Below the pieces are notes generated by a model that was given only the letters and a program-made list of their open reading frames with translations, did no database searches and was not told where the DNA came from. A DNA stretch of 64,000 nt, from positions 12,212,352 through 12,276,351 of the forward strand of contig NC_092678.1 in assembly GCF_964355755.1 (NCBI RefSeq), read 5' to 3'. Positions within the stretch are counted from its first letter, which is position 1; each line of letters begins with the position of its first letter. Shown here one piece after another: positions 15,401 through 28,203 of this stretch. A program made the position numbers and the translations under genes. This stretch comes from Antedon mediterranea (Eukaryota; Animalia; Echinodermata).

Positions 15401-18400
15401 ATGTCAATATGTTAAGATAGTTACCGAAATGTTATGTTTGCGAGTTTTAGAGAAAAGCGTTACACAAAAATCATACAGAATGATTCCGTACAATCACAAG
15501 AGGTTATCCTGCAACTTCGTTGCGGATAACCAATGATGATGATGATGATGATGATTTCGTACAATCACAAGAGGTTATCCTGCAACTTCGTTGCGGATAA
15601 CCAATAATAATCAAATGAATCTTTTGAATCAAGTTCAATTATCAAAACACTGACACTGAACAAACTCTCAGTAACTGTTTTTTTTAACACAGTAACTCTC
15701 AACAGTTATGTTTTAAATTATACAGTTTTCTCTTACAGTCTAAACTAAATTCCTTCAAGTAGTTTATGATTTATGACATGCAAATACAGTCAACTTTCCT
15801 GTCAGTAAAAATTAGAAACTAAGCTGTCAAAATAATAATATTCTGGATAATTGTGGGAAAACCATAGTTTGCTCTAAGGTGTTGCTATGCTTTTAAAAAG
15901 CCATCAGATATTTATTTTCTTCTGATCTCTGACAAGAGTCTGATTGTTGACAATATTTGAAATTAAAAAAAAAACTTAAATTACATTACAACAAAGATAA
16001 ATAAAAAAAAGTGTTATCTAATCTATAATAAACACGTAACTGATGAGTTGATTGTCTTGAAAGGAAGATAATATTGGTTAATTTGGCTGAACTATCTATC
16101 TGACTACAAATAATATTAAACAACAATGATGATTCAGTGTTTACACATTATGGTTTTTAATATTTGACAGTGTTTATTCATTTCCTCACAGCTATCCTAT
16201 TTGCTATCATGGTCCTAATATAAAATCAATTTGAAGGAGCCAATCTTGTATGCATTGAAAATGTTTGTACAGTACAGTATTACACAATTACAACTGTCCC
16301 ATTACAACAATTATCAATATATTATATTATGTATTTGATTTCCTTATGTATTTAAAGATGACAGTGAGATTATAACAAATTATGTACATTGCAGCAACCT
16401 GGTACAGTAGAAACTAATTGTTCCTTTCCTTAAAATAATATGTCACTTGAATTTCAGATCCTTTTATTTCGTTTAGAAAATATGTGTTTACATTAAAAAT
16501 TTGAAAGTTAAAGTAGTGAAATTTATTATTACACATGTTTCAGTCAATTCAGTCACAACAATCAGTACTTACGAAGTAATGACACTGCAGTCATAGAATG
16601 TGAAGTCAGTGGAAACAAAATCAACATCAGTTACGGATGAGTGAACTGATAAAATAACATCTACAAAAGCTGTAAACAAATTATTTAAAGGTTAGCTACT
16701 GTGTAGGCCTAGGCCTTAATTTCAAATACATTTCATGGGTAAATACAAAATAATTGAAAATTAAATACAAAAATCTCTACAAAAAACCTAAATGTAACAT
16801 TTAATTATTTTTTTTCCAAAGGTAGATAGGTTTAAATAACTGGTGCAAATGACTACCAAAAAATGTGATGTGCCCATATATGGAGACGATGATGTGATAT
16901 CACTAACATATTTGGGCATATCACTACCAGTACCATATTTGTTTTGTTAATCTAGTTTGATAGTGTAGACAGAGCTTAAGATATCACTACAGTAGGTTGA
17001 AACAAGGGTCACTTTGGGGAATCCCCCTTGTTGCCAATGTAGAGTAGTGAGTGCATGATTTCTGTATTCCATGGTATGTGCTAAAACCTATTTCCTCATG
17101 AGCTATTAATAGTATACACCTCCTACTGGGGAGAATGCATACCATGTGTGAAATACTAGAAAAATAAAACAGAAAGTAAAGCATATTAGCATAATGTTTA
17201 ACTCACCTTGGCTGGTTGGTATCTGTGGTACATGTGATGAAGGCGGTGAATAACAAGTTAATGTTTCTCTATCTTGTATTGCAGATGATTGAAAGTCACC
17301 AAATTTACAATTATAATTTTGGTTGATGTTTAAAAGAGGAAGTTGCTCAACAGTTAGAGAAATCTATGAATAAAAACATTTAAGCTATCTGTTTATTGGA
17401 GTTGCATACATATTAAAACTTGTTATTAAATAATTGTATAATTCCCGACCCGTGAACAAGCATCACAAGCCAGATGTACACTGGATCTCCAGCCTGTTTT
17501 GAGTCCAGAATTACTATGGCTAAGGATAGGCTTGAACCCTAATATAGATGTGCCGATAATATAGATATAGTTTGTACTAGTACCCCTGCCTTAGTAGTGC
17601 TAAAATTCTCCAGCCAATGGCATGTTATTTATTATTAAATATTACAAGCCTAGAAAACTAATTTAATAAATTGTTCTTCACAACTCACGCTGATATTTTC
17701 GAAAGTTTTAGGGATAAAAGGTGGTTCAACATTTGTAATCTTAATGCATTGTGCACTGTTGCTTGGCAACCAGGGAGACTGTTGGCATTCCTTAAATCTC
17801 GTACATCTAAAATAAAAAAATACAAATGTAAGTGCTATCTGCACTAAAGAACATTTACATTTTTAGTCATGTGGATGCGACTCTATAGTTCACTATGTCG
17901 GTCGTTCGGTCTGTCCGGTATCACTATGCGTTTTAGCACGCGACTTATGGCTGTTGGCCTTGTTTATTTGTATTCAGATTTTTAGTTGTGTGGATGCGAC
18001 TCTATAGTTCACTATGTCGGTCGGTTGGTCTGTCGGTCCGGTATCACTATGCGTTTTAGCACGCGACTTATGGCTGTTGGCCTTGTTTATTTGTATTCAG
18101 ATTTGTTTTAAACTGTTTGTATTTAAAAAATATATTGAAGAAAAAATTAAGTCTGAAATAATTTAGCCTTTAGACAGTAAACTAATTTCTAACATTTATT
18201 TTCATAGACTTTTTGCAAAAATATCTGAAAAAAGTTAAAAAAACTAAAAAATCTCCTAATAATTTGTCAAATGCATTAGGAAAAGACAAAACAAGTTAAA
18301 ATTATAATTTGGGATTGAAAAAAAAAGAAAAGAAATTTAAAAAAAAAAGAATTCTACTTACGTTTTGTATAGTGTACACCATCCACAATAAGGATCTGCA

Positions 18401-18876
18401 TCTAGTTGACCTGGTCTAATACACTCATCACATGTGATAAACCGACTGCAGTTTGCTACTTGTAGCTTAACCAACTAATATGATAATTGTATAAAAAAAA
18501 TAAACATTAAGACACAATTTACAAATTAAAAACCTATCACAAATTTACCATTAACATTTTCTTAGGATACAATTGAATGGTATTTGTAAAAGTTAGTAAG
18601 AAATATTTTATAAACTAATTTATTTTTATTTATATTTATTTATTCGGTATATAAAAATATATTACAAAACGACAGTCAAGGACTGAAATGAAATGTATTA
18701 CAATTGACTAAAAATTAGTTAAAATTGCTATAAAAATAGAAACATCTTAATAAAATTAGATATCGTACCATACAATTAAAAACATACATGAATAAAAAAT
18801 CCTAAAACATTCACTTATTACATATCTAAAAAAGAGCTAGTGGTGCCTATTAATCAGAGGCGGATTGCTATAAGAT

Positions 18877-18915
<39 letters not shown>

Positions 18916-21900
18916 TTACCATATTTACTGAGGGTAGCCTATCCAGTTCCTAATAGAACTGATCATTCAGGGCCCTCGATAAAACAAACATACAGTACAA
19001 CACATAAAATATTAAATATTCAAATAACATAAAATATATTAAAGGCTTAAAAATTTACAATGATTATATAAAATTCATATAAAAGTTAAAATCGTTGACA
19101 GATAAAAATATATAATTATATATATACATACGAACAATATTAACTGGAAATAGTTTAAGTTCACGTTTAAAGGAAATAATATTTTCAGATTGTCGAATGA
19201 TTTTAGGAATCATAGTAAAATACATAGGCGCTTTATAACTGAAACATTGTTTAAAAATCTCTAAAGAAGGTCGAGGAATAATATAATTACAATTAGAGAT
19301 GGATCTGGTAGTAGGTCGACCTCCGGGCTGAGTCCTGGTTAACATGCGACTGATGTAATCCGGAACGGTATTGATGGACGCCCGATAGGCGAGACAACCA
19401 AGTTGAAACTGATAACGTTGAGAAACGGATGAGATAGAAATGGTGTTATCAATAAGGTGGGATGGGGTATGAGGGTGAACTTTCAAGATAACTCTTTTAG
19501 CTCTATTTTGAAGTTTCTGGACTTTAGCAACGAGTGGTGCTTGTAAGCCCCAGAGAGAACAACAATAGTCAATATGAGGTAAGACAAGAGCATAACAAGA
19601 TTTATAAAGCGCACATATCCAAAAAGTGCTCAAGGTGGTCTATAAACACTTAGACGGCTATAATTCGTGACGTACAGTAGCAAGTAGTCTTTATCATAGA
19701 CATTGCTATACTGCGGTCTAACCTCTAAGCGGTCTTTAAAATTAAAGCCTACTCAAAGGAGTCTTAAAAACAGCCTTAAACCTCTCTTTTTGTTGCTTTT
19801 ACGTATTATTTATCATTAAAGACAACAAATTGAACGAGTTTTAAGTGTTAGATCAAATAATAACGGCAATTTTATTCTTATATAGGCCTAGAATAGTTTT
19901 TCTCGTGTAGAAATGTACATACTTTTATTGTGAATTGAACAAGTGTGACGGACATTACCTTATTTGGTGTTCTACGCGCAAAGTACGCCCTCAATTTGTT
20001 ACTTTACGTGTTCTTAGCTAAGATTGTTTTATAAAATTAACAATGGTCTAACAGGGGTGGCTTTAGTAAGACCGTCTATCTGATAAAGCCGGCTTTAATC
20101 GGGGAGTTAAGACCATCAGTTGAGACTGTTTTATAGCAATGGTCTAACAGGGGTGGTTTTAGTAAGACCGTCTATCTGATAAAGCCGACTTTAATTGGAG
20201 AGTTAAGACCATCAGTTGAGAGTGTTTATAGCAATCCGCCCCTGAAGGTGTTTACGTTAAATTAAAAAAACCTAGTCCTTATTTGTGTGAACAATTTTAT
20301 CTGGTTTCTATGTGAAATAAATTAAAGTTTGTAGATAGATTAGTAGTAAATCAGTGTAGTTGCTAGCTGGATGAATCTATCTACAAACTTTACCTATTAT
20401 AGTCCTCCTTATATTATAGGGTTAAAGACATCAGACAATTATTAAAATAACAAAATGGAGATGGACAGTACACCTCGCCAGAACGAACAACAATGAATGG
20501 ACTCCAAAAGGGCACACAAGGTCAAGAAAAACCAAAAACAAGATGGAGGGTTGATATGCAGCATTTGCTCACATATCCTGAGTGAGACCTGCACATGACA
20601 GGAACAAAAGGGTTAGCTGGGAGAGGCCTTTGTCCTGCAGTGGGCAGACAATGGCTGAAATGATGATCTCCGTTCTTGTACAACAAAGCTCATATAAACA
20701 TATTATTAGAAAAACTAACCTTTTTTGCTGTAAGTGCTATTATACAATTAGATGTTTCATCTATAAATGTGTCTGACCTGACTTCTTGACCTGTATCTAT
20801 GGTGACAGTCTCATACACTCTACATGAGGTTTTGTTGGTTAACTCGGCCTTAAAAATTGGAAGAAAACATAACATTTAATCAATTTAAGACATAGTTCAT
20901 TCAAACATATTTCTACATATTAAGCAGTGTTAAAACTAGCCAAAATTAGTGACAGAATGCTAGTTTAATAGTGAACCTGTGAATAATGCTGTTGACAAGT
21001 ATGTCATGTCTATGTACCTTATCTTACTCATTATCACCAGTCTTTCAGGTTTTTTTCTAAATTGGTAATTCATAGTAGTTTTTATATAAACCATTGTCAT
21101 GTGCAGTACTAATTTCATATTAACCTTAATAAGTTGTCCATTATCTGTGCCTATAAATGCTATTGTTCGATTCTCTTCAATTGCTGTAGTAACTGATGTT
21201 GGTATTTTATCATTAACTGTTAACAATGCCTCTGATACTGCTGCTTCTGTGTAGGTACCTTGGGAATAAACTCTGCGCAAATCCTTACTATCATCTGGGG
21301 GACACATCAACTCCTCAACTTCCTTAGCAGGCAAACTAAGCATCTTTGTTATAACAAATATTAGTATTTACAGTTGATAAAACCACTTTTAAGTTTTATT
21401 ATTACAGCTTCTGTAAAGTTAAAACTTTACAACAGAAGCTGGAATAATAAAACATAAATTAAAACTCCTAATACAACTGTAGCAAAAATAACATAATTCA
21501 GTAAATTATTTTATAGTCACATTGCTACCATCACCGTGTACTGTAAAGTAAATTGTTTAATGGCTTTAATTATCAGAAAACATCATGAAGACATTGACAA
21601 CATATATTTTGGAACAAACAAATTTAGAACCACAATTTTGCCAAAAACAAAAGAAAAAAAAAACAACAAACAAATTCTAGTATTATGATCATGATACTGG
21701 TCCATAATTAACTATGAGCTCAATGTAATTTTCAGAATGGTTACTTTGACTTGACTGATAAGTTTATCAATAATACTGATATTTTACAGTAATTGGAATT
21801 TTAACAAATAAAAAATGTCCTACATGTTTGGAACAATCAGCTTCTTCAGTATAGTCAAGTCTATGAACATCATTAACAAAGGTTATACATCCATTCAAAG

Positions 21901-22882
21901 CTTTGAAGAAAGCATCTTCAATATCATTCCACTTGTAAATACACATTGCAGATTGCCCATCACCATTAGCAAACACTCCATACAGGACATTATCTCCAGC
22001 TTGTAGGCCTAGTGAGTTAGCTAACTCAGCTCCTACAGGACCCACAGACATGTCTTGTACCAAATTGTAATCAACATTATTATACACACATCGAATGTAG
22101 ATCTCAGAAAATGTATGTAATGAATTTTCTTGACAAACACGACTCAGTCGTGAATGTGAGTAATCTTTATCACTCGGTCTAAATGCAACAAAGTAGGTAA
22201 ATCCTTCATAAGTAAATGTGGATTTAAATTGAATGGGTTTATTGTAAAATGGTGTGATAGCATTGAAATCAGGGTTAGGGAGACCCAATAGATCATCGAC
22301 GGTATCAAGACGTCTTCTAGCATTAACATACATGTAGGAATACTCTACTGGATCCAATGATGTATGTCCTGATGACACGTATAAAACATTCCTTTTGATA
22401 ACATCATTTTTATCATTAGTACCATCATTCAACACACCAGGAGCAATAATTCCAACTGCTGACAGTTCACTCACTATTCCATCTTTCATATCATTTCCAT
22501 CTAAATTTAAATCCACAAGATATCTTCCTTCACATCTTCCATTGTTACCACCTCCACATGTGATCAATCTGTCATGATCATAATCAATTTCTAATATTTT
22601 ATTAATGTTATCACAATCATCTGCTGAACATGTTGAAGTTGAAATATTAGCAATGATGCTATAATCCTCCGACAGTCTGTAAAGTGAGTTGTAAGCTCCT
22701 ATGTAGATGTCTCCTGTTGTACTATGGATTTTTACATGGTACAGATCTTCATTTTCATGAGGTTTAAATTCAAGTAACACATCATTATCTAATGCTTGGA
22801 TGCTTAGCAGAAATGTTGTAGAATATAGCAGAAAATGTATAATGGATAATGCAAAAATGTTTAACAATGTTGACAATCCCAT
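188..22882 (-). CDS. Plexin-like receptor, gene A (spliced; signal peptide, Sema, 3 PSI, IPT/TIG repeats, TM, juxtamembrane helix); 3' end probably outside window
   Basis: Manually spliced exons (minus): 22882-21824, 21343-21125, 20848-20720, 18474-18362, 17806-17689, 17363-17207, 16669-16573, 11280-11166, 10705-10571, 9702-9601, 8939-8852, 7053-6887, 6572-6400, 5698-5599, 4864-4728, 3721-3557, 2556-2469, 1841-1563, 1150-992, 413-188. All are GT-AG, phases are compatible, and 1275 codons are open. Sema motifs: NINKILEID, LITCG, SRLSRVC, FSEIYIRC, SAMCIY. PSI motifs: CDEC..DPYCGWC, CSECV..CDWC, CSRC..CVWC. IPT motif: PRFGIQAGGTILTFSGSNL. TM EIIVVCSVIGVAILLFFIILLI is followed by RRRIKQYDKETKKVYVEMERIQEEVQEEAQS and a phase-1 donor CAG|GTGAAT. 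Confidence 0.9.
2165..2320. mobile_element. Small MITE
   Basis: Imperfect TIRs GCTTGGTTCCTACTAGAGATGCAAC / GTTGCGTCTCTAGTGGCAACCAAGC. Confidence 0.6.
3060..3535 (+). mobile_element. L2-clade LINE 3' remnant
   Basis: Degenerate translation ITPALEQLHWWPV..YK, LWNALPNSIRNAKSLDTFKQLLKSH, then a short (ATT)n tail. Confidence 0.7.
3980..4654. mobile_element. Non-autonomous Helentron-type (HINE/DINE-like) element, family 1
   Basis: Subterminal inverted pair TACCTCCGCC / GGCGGAGGTA, terminal hairpin CCTCCTTGGCGGAGG, (CAAA)n near the end, A-runs at both flanks. Near-identical copy at 48810-56826. Confidence 0.75.
5072..5405. repeat. ~59-61 bp minisatellite, ~5.5 copies
   Basis: Unit TTATCTTGTTCTAGCAGGAGTGAAAGTAGAAGAAAAGAGTGAAATTGCATTAATTTCACTC. 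Confidence 0.95.
6135..6370 (+). mobile_element. Degenerate tRNA-derived SINE-like element
   Basis: A-box-like GGCATAGTTGG, B-box-like GGTTCAATCGC, and a central GGATGAGATGTAAATCCGTTGGTCCTGTGTG segment. Confidence 0.35.
8045..8408 (-). mobile_element. tRNA-derived SINE
   Basis: Minus strand: A box TGGCCGAGCGG, B box GGTTCGAGGCC, central AAAGAACCCAG..CGAAAAAGAGTAGGGG, (TAAAA)n tail. Confidence 0.65.
12435..15602. mobile_element. Two ~1.5-kb copies of a Helentron-type non-autonomous element (family 2), tandem or nested
   Basis: Units start at 12435 and 13971 (ACTAGACATGTAACTCGTCAC). Subterminal pair GGTTATCCGC / GCGGATAACC; terminal hairpin GCAACTTCGTTGC present twice (ending ~15531 and ~15602). 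Not seen in the equivalent intron of gene B. Confidence 0.8.
17861..18103. mobile_element. Two tandem ~120-bp mini HINE/DINE-like elements (family 3)
   Basis: TTTTAG..GTGGATGCGACTCTATAGTTCACTATGTCGGTC..GCACGCGACTTATGGCTGTTGGCCTTGTTT twice. A longer family member lies at 47383-48225. Confidence 0.7.
18855..20244. mobile_element. Non-autonomous DNA transposon with 19-bp TIRs, interrupted by a LINE fragment
   Basis: CAGAGGCGGATTGCTATAA / TTATAGCAATCCGCCCCTG; internal ~96-bp tandem duplication at 20040-20235. Confidence 0.7.
18881..19596 (-). mobile_element. 5'-truncated L2/CR1-group LINE (RT C-terminus + 3' UTR)
   Basis: ORF 19064..19633 YALVLPHIDYCCSLWG..KLQNRAKRVIL..FKRELK. (TAAA)n tail; 9-bp TSD AAGATTTAT at 18872-18880 and 19597-19605. 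Confidence 0.8.
20452..20668 (+). mobile_element. RTE-clade LINE 3' remnant (counterpart in gene B intron at ~39167-39400)
   Basis: Degenerate KWRW.VHLAR..EWTP..PKTRW; 3' end GAGAGGCCTTTGTCCTGCAGTGG..(TGA)n. Confidence 0.55.
21824..22882 (-). CDS. Gene A first coding exon: signal peptide plus most of the Sema domain
   Basis: Inside ORF 21767..22954. Acceptor TTTATAAG at 22913-22920, hydrophobic N-terminus, Sema motifs, donor CAT|GTAGGA. Confidence 0.9.
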
Positions 22883-23174
22883 ATTTAAGCTAAGGTGAGA
22901 GAACGTCATTACCTTATAAAAGAAAATAAGAAACACTACTTTTAAGAAATACACAATGCATCATGAATGACTAATCTTTACATGCCTATACTGAATAGCT
23001 ATCTACTATACTATCTATACTAATAATTAAATTAGCTAAAACTGGATTGTACTAACTGATTTTTTGCCAAGACCAACAAGCATGGAAAAATATCCCACAC
23101 AGATAATATTGCTCATTACATGCTGCATTGATAGTTAAGTATGAATGTATCAAGTACTGTATCAATACCCTTTT

Positions 23175-23968
23175 TACTCTAGTAGCTGGATCAACTTTCG
23201 TATGCACTTTGAGGTCCAGAGAATTTGACTTCAGAAATTGGTTTAGGATGGTCAAACAATCATTTTTGGCTTGGTTACACATTTTGAAAATGTGGCAAAA
23301 GGTCAAAAGGTCAGGGTGAAAGGTTATAAGACTAAACACCAAAAGGTCCTTAAATCTCGACAACCACTAGTCACAGCGAGGTAATTGGTCTCAAATTGAT
23401 CAGAAGGTATACATTTATATTTAGTCTAATGGGACATTTTAGTAAAAAATGACCGGAAATGCCATTTCTAACCTTTGACCCACACCCCAGGGCATGTGTG
23501 TATCTCAGTATTTTACTACTGGTCGTAGACACTTGAATTTGGTCTTAAATTGTTCCACAATAATGTTATTCAATAACTGATACTTTAAATTGTTTCAATT
23601 TAAAGTACCAGTTATTGCTGTCCCCGAGGACGACCAAACATTTTGATAGAAACGTCAAGCTCAACAGTTTTCAAAATGCTAGAACTTGAAGTACTGTAAC
23701 TCACCATATTTATTCGAATAAACACCCCAGGAATTTATTGTACAAAAGGGGAGGGTAACATGGTAACATGTTTAATCAAATAAATACCACCTAGATAATA
23801 CAGCACAATTAATATAACAAAGTGATAAAATTGTGTCAAAATGCTTGGTAAATTGTAGATTATGGTAGTTAATGAAATGTGTTGTGATACAATTATTGTG
23901 TAAATGCATGTGGCGGGGCGTTTAAATCGAGGGAGGGGGAGCGTTTATTCCACATGATGTTCTATTGG
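23175..23968. repeat. Local direct duplication (second copy 26996-28203) made of DNA-transposon-like repeats
   Basis: Collinear sequence from TACTCTAGTAGCT to CACATGATGTTCTATTGG in both places; the second copy has an extra internal repeat unit. Confidence 0.85.
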
Positions 23969-24030
23969 GAGAGGGGTGGCGTTAATTTGAGGGAGGCTTT
24001 TATTCAAAGCGGGTGTTTATTCGAATAAAT
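23704..24030. mobile_element. MITE (Tc1/mariner-pogo-like termini)
   Basis: ATTTATTCGAATAAACACCC / GGGTGTTTATTCGAATAAAT inverted pair. Confidence 0.55.
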
Positions 24031-27000
24031 CTCTAATTTTAATAATAATATATAATTTATCTCTCAACTGATAAAAGGTACGTTACATGATTCGTTTTCC
24101 TCTTTATGCTTTTGTAACAAAATTTTTCTGTCTTTTAGAATAAAAGTGACACTGTCATAGGTTCCATTAAATGGATCTTCTCCAGGTGTCACAATTGCAA
24201 TTGTCAACAATCAACACTGTCTTTTTTGTCTGTCATTTTTTTTCGGTAGGTTGATGCAATATTTTAAATCAAAGACACATATAATATGAAAATATAATGT
24301 TTAAAGTACATATTGTTAAAATATTAAAATGATTGGTTGAGAATTGATGAACAGAAAAAGAAAAGAGTAGGCACATGTTTTTCGATTCTCAATCAAGCCA
24401 CAGTCCATTTAGATCCATTGTCTCAGGCTGAGGCTACCTGGGACTGCAGAGGACTATCAGTAGAATTTTGGCTTAATGGAGGTTAAATCTTATATATTAC
24501 ATTTTAAACAACATTGATTATAATTATGATTAATATATTTGCTATTCATAACGTTCCAAAGAATTAATAATTAATATTAATAGGTACTTATTATTTTTAA
24601 GTGTTCATATTAGTTTGAAATGCTCAACATCCCTATTATATCCTTATTATTATATTATGGTAAATGGAATTGTCCGTACCATGAAAGTTAAATACATTAT
24701 GGACAGGTCCACTTATTTTCAAGGGATATTCTGTGGTTATTATTGAGGATTATGTTTTTTAATAAAGTATGAAAGGAATCAAATTTTGTAGGTTTTTAGT
24801 TTTAATTGATTAATTTAAAAACTGTTATACTTATAAAAATCTATGTTTGTATTTTCTTCAGTTATTATTTAAAAAATATTAATACAGATTACAGGTATTT
24901 AATCTCTACAGTCATGAAAGAAATTTATCAGAATCAAATTTTTCAATGACAGTTTGAAAAAGAAAATTGATCGTGCAAATAATTTTTACGATTCAACATA
25001 TTTTTATTTAATACATATTTTACAAAAACATATTTTTATCAACAGATGACGTCAAGAATGACCAAGCTGCATTAACACTCCGCAGTCAGTTGAGAAGGAT
25101 CTCTGATAGAGATCGAAACGTTCGAGTAAGTACTCCGTTAACTTGTGCTTTTACAAAAACGAAATTTGTCATCTATACAAAATCGAAGCTAAATGAAATT
25201 CTTTCAACATATTTTTAATAAACATTTTGATTGAAAATTGTGTATTTATGTTATACAATCAACTGGTGAAAAATGGGCATGATGTGATTTATAATTAAAT
25301 AGCTATGTTAGATTTTGTGTATTTTTACGATTAACCAACATATTTTTATTTTGTTACACGTTTCCATGGTAACAAAAACATATTTTCCATAATTAAAAAT
25401 TGTGTATTTATAGTTTACAATTAACAAGTGAAAAAATGGGCATATATGTGATTCATAATTATTAAAGAACTATCTTTGATTTTTATGTATTTTTGCGATT
25501 AAAGGACATCTTTTTAATAATTAATCATTTAATATCGGAAGAAAGAACGATGATTCATTTTTTTTTAAATGTCGGCATTTTTTGTAAGAAATATTTCTTG
25601 TTTAATTTAATTCTATATCCACATTGTATAGTATTAGTAATATCTAAAAAAATTAAAAAATGATTCAGTGTTAAAACCTTGAAACAATAAAGATCGATTT
25701 CACATATCGCATTATTGTAGTTGCATTAGGTCTAGGCCTAGTTAGGGTAGCTAAGCTAAGCTATTGGGTGTCAGATGAAATCGGTCGCGATAAAATCAAC
25801 ATCCGGTATTTTGTATGGTGCGCCACTAGATATACTTTTTATTATATTTTGCGTTTGATATCGGTCGCATTTATGTTGGTCGCGCTAATTTGTATGGGAC
25901 GCACTATATACATTTTTAATGAAAACGCTCATTATGTTTTTAGAATTAGATTAGAATTTCTAATAATACTAAAGTATTGACATTAATATAAATATTTATC
26001 TCATTATTTATAAATAATTTGTGTTTTCTTACAGGTGTCAATGAATTGTTTTGTGTACGTTTAGAAAATTGTTTTAAAAATATTTTACAGTATAGAATAT
26101 TAAGTTTTTGAAAAGATTGGCATGCTACTGTTAAAAGTTTTGAAAATGTTTTTAATTTAATAGTTAAACAAGTAGACGTGCCTATTGCGTATTTTTTAAT
26201 CACAGTTAATTACGAAACTTGTTCTATACCTGCAAGTGGATACCAGCTCAATGAGGTTTAAGGAAGATGATGCATGATGATGATGATTTTTACGTTCGAT
26301 ATCTGCCACTCTGACGTGAGCATGGTTTTAGGATAATAATAATAAAATATTTAGATAATATGCCGACGTTATAAATCAATCTATCGGGCCTATACAGTAG
26401 GACTATGATGTACAATGATAGATGTGAGAATAATAATGGATGGATAATAAAGGTGGACACGATTCTCAAAGAGGTAATCTGCACTGATATTTAAAAATTT
26501 AGATTTCGAATGGTGTATGGATGTGAGACACTGAGTTGTACTTAATTATTTACATTAAATGATTATTATAAATGAAGAAATAAAAGATATTAAAATTAAA
26601 ATCTATAGTATCGCCGACGTAGGCCTATATAAGTAAATTATATACATCGTTTCACAAAAACATGTGCAGGAGGCCTATATACTGTACGTTTCAAACGTAA
26701 TGGTTATTAGTAATAGACGTCATCTTTACCTGGCCATGGACAACGATTGTACGTGTTTTGTACATGATTTGACACACTAGTTCGTGTTTTTTTAAAGGGG
26801 AATCCCTGTCAGCAAAATAACGTACTGTTAGAGGAAACGGCTACACGATCATAGAAGGCGCATGATCTTCGATATTTTTGGGGTTTATTTCAGTAACTCG
26901 CCTTTTAACCTTCCGCATATAATGATGATTTTTACTAAAAACTATTTTAAACATTAGAAATAAAAATAGGCCTATACATGTGATTTGCCTCAATATACTC

Positions 27001-28203
27001 TAGTAGCTAGATCAACTTTCGTATGCACTTTGAGGTCCAGAGAATTTGACTTCAGAAATTGGTTTAGGATGGTCAAACAATCATTATTGGCTTGGTTACA
27101 CATTTTGAAAATGTGGCGAAAGGTCAAAAGGTCAGGGTGAAAGGTTATCAAACTAAACACCAATAGGTCCTTAAATCTCGACAACTACTGGTCACAGCGA
27201 GGTAATTTTGGTCTCAAATTGATCAGAAGGTATACATTTATATTCAGTCTAATGGGACATTTTAGTAAAAAATGACCGGAAATGCCATTTCTGACCTTTG
27301 ACCCACACCCCAGGGCATGTATGTATCTCCGTAACTACTGATCCTAGACACTTTAATTTGGTCTTAAATTGTTTGAAATAAACATTTTGTTATTTGTTGG
27401 ACATTTTTAAAAATGTTACAAAAGGTCAAAGGGTCAGGGTCAAGGGTTATATGAACAAATATAAATAGATACTTGTATCTCGGCAACCATTCGTCACAGC
27501 AAGTCAATTTTAGTCTCAAAATGTTCAGAAGGTATGCTTTCATATTCAATCTAATGGGACATTTTAGTCAAAAATTATCAGAAATGCCATTTCTGACCTT
27601 TGACCCACATATCATGGCATCTTCATATCTCTGTAAGTACTGATCGTAGAAACTTAAATTTGGTATCAAATTGTTCGAAATATACATATTTACATTCATT
27701 GTAATAGAAAATGTGGTTAAAAGATGAACAGAAATACTATTACTAATGTTTCAAACAAAAAACATATCTCTACATAACTTATCCTTAGACAGTAATGTTA
27801 TGCAATAACTGATACTTTAAATTGTTTCAATTTCAAGTACTAGTTATTGCTGTCCCCAAGAACATTTTGATAGAAACGTCAAGCTCAACAGTTCTTTTCA
27901 GAATGCTAGAGGTAACTTGCCATGTGTATCCGATTAAACGCCCCGGGCATTTATTGTTCAAAAGGGTTTTTAGGGGGAGGGGAGGCATCTTTATTTGGGG
28001 TATAATATAGTAATAAATATAATCAAATAAATACCACCTAGATGTAAAAAAAAAATACAGCACAATTAATATCAAAAAAGGATAAAATTATGTCTAAATG
28101 CTTGGTAAATTGTAGATTATGGTAGTTAATGAAATGTGTTGTGATAGCAATTATTTTGTAAATGCATGTGGCGGAGCATTTATTCCACATGATGTTCTAT
28201 TGG

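Noticed and set aside
13414-15536. Repeated short ORFs in the 1.5-kb duplicated element
   Set aside because: No Rep/helicase or transposase motifs; incidental frames in a non-autonomous element.
23052-23363. Duplicated ORF MSRFKDLLVFS.. (also 26990..27184)
   Set aside because: Lies in repeat sequence, has a non-ATG start, no recognisable domain, and is truncated in the second copy.
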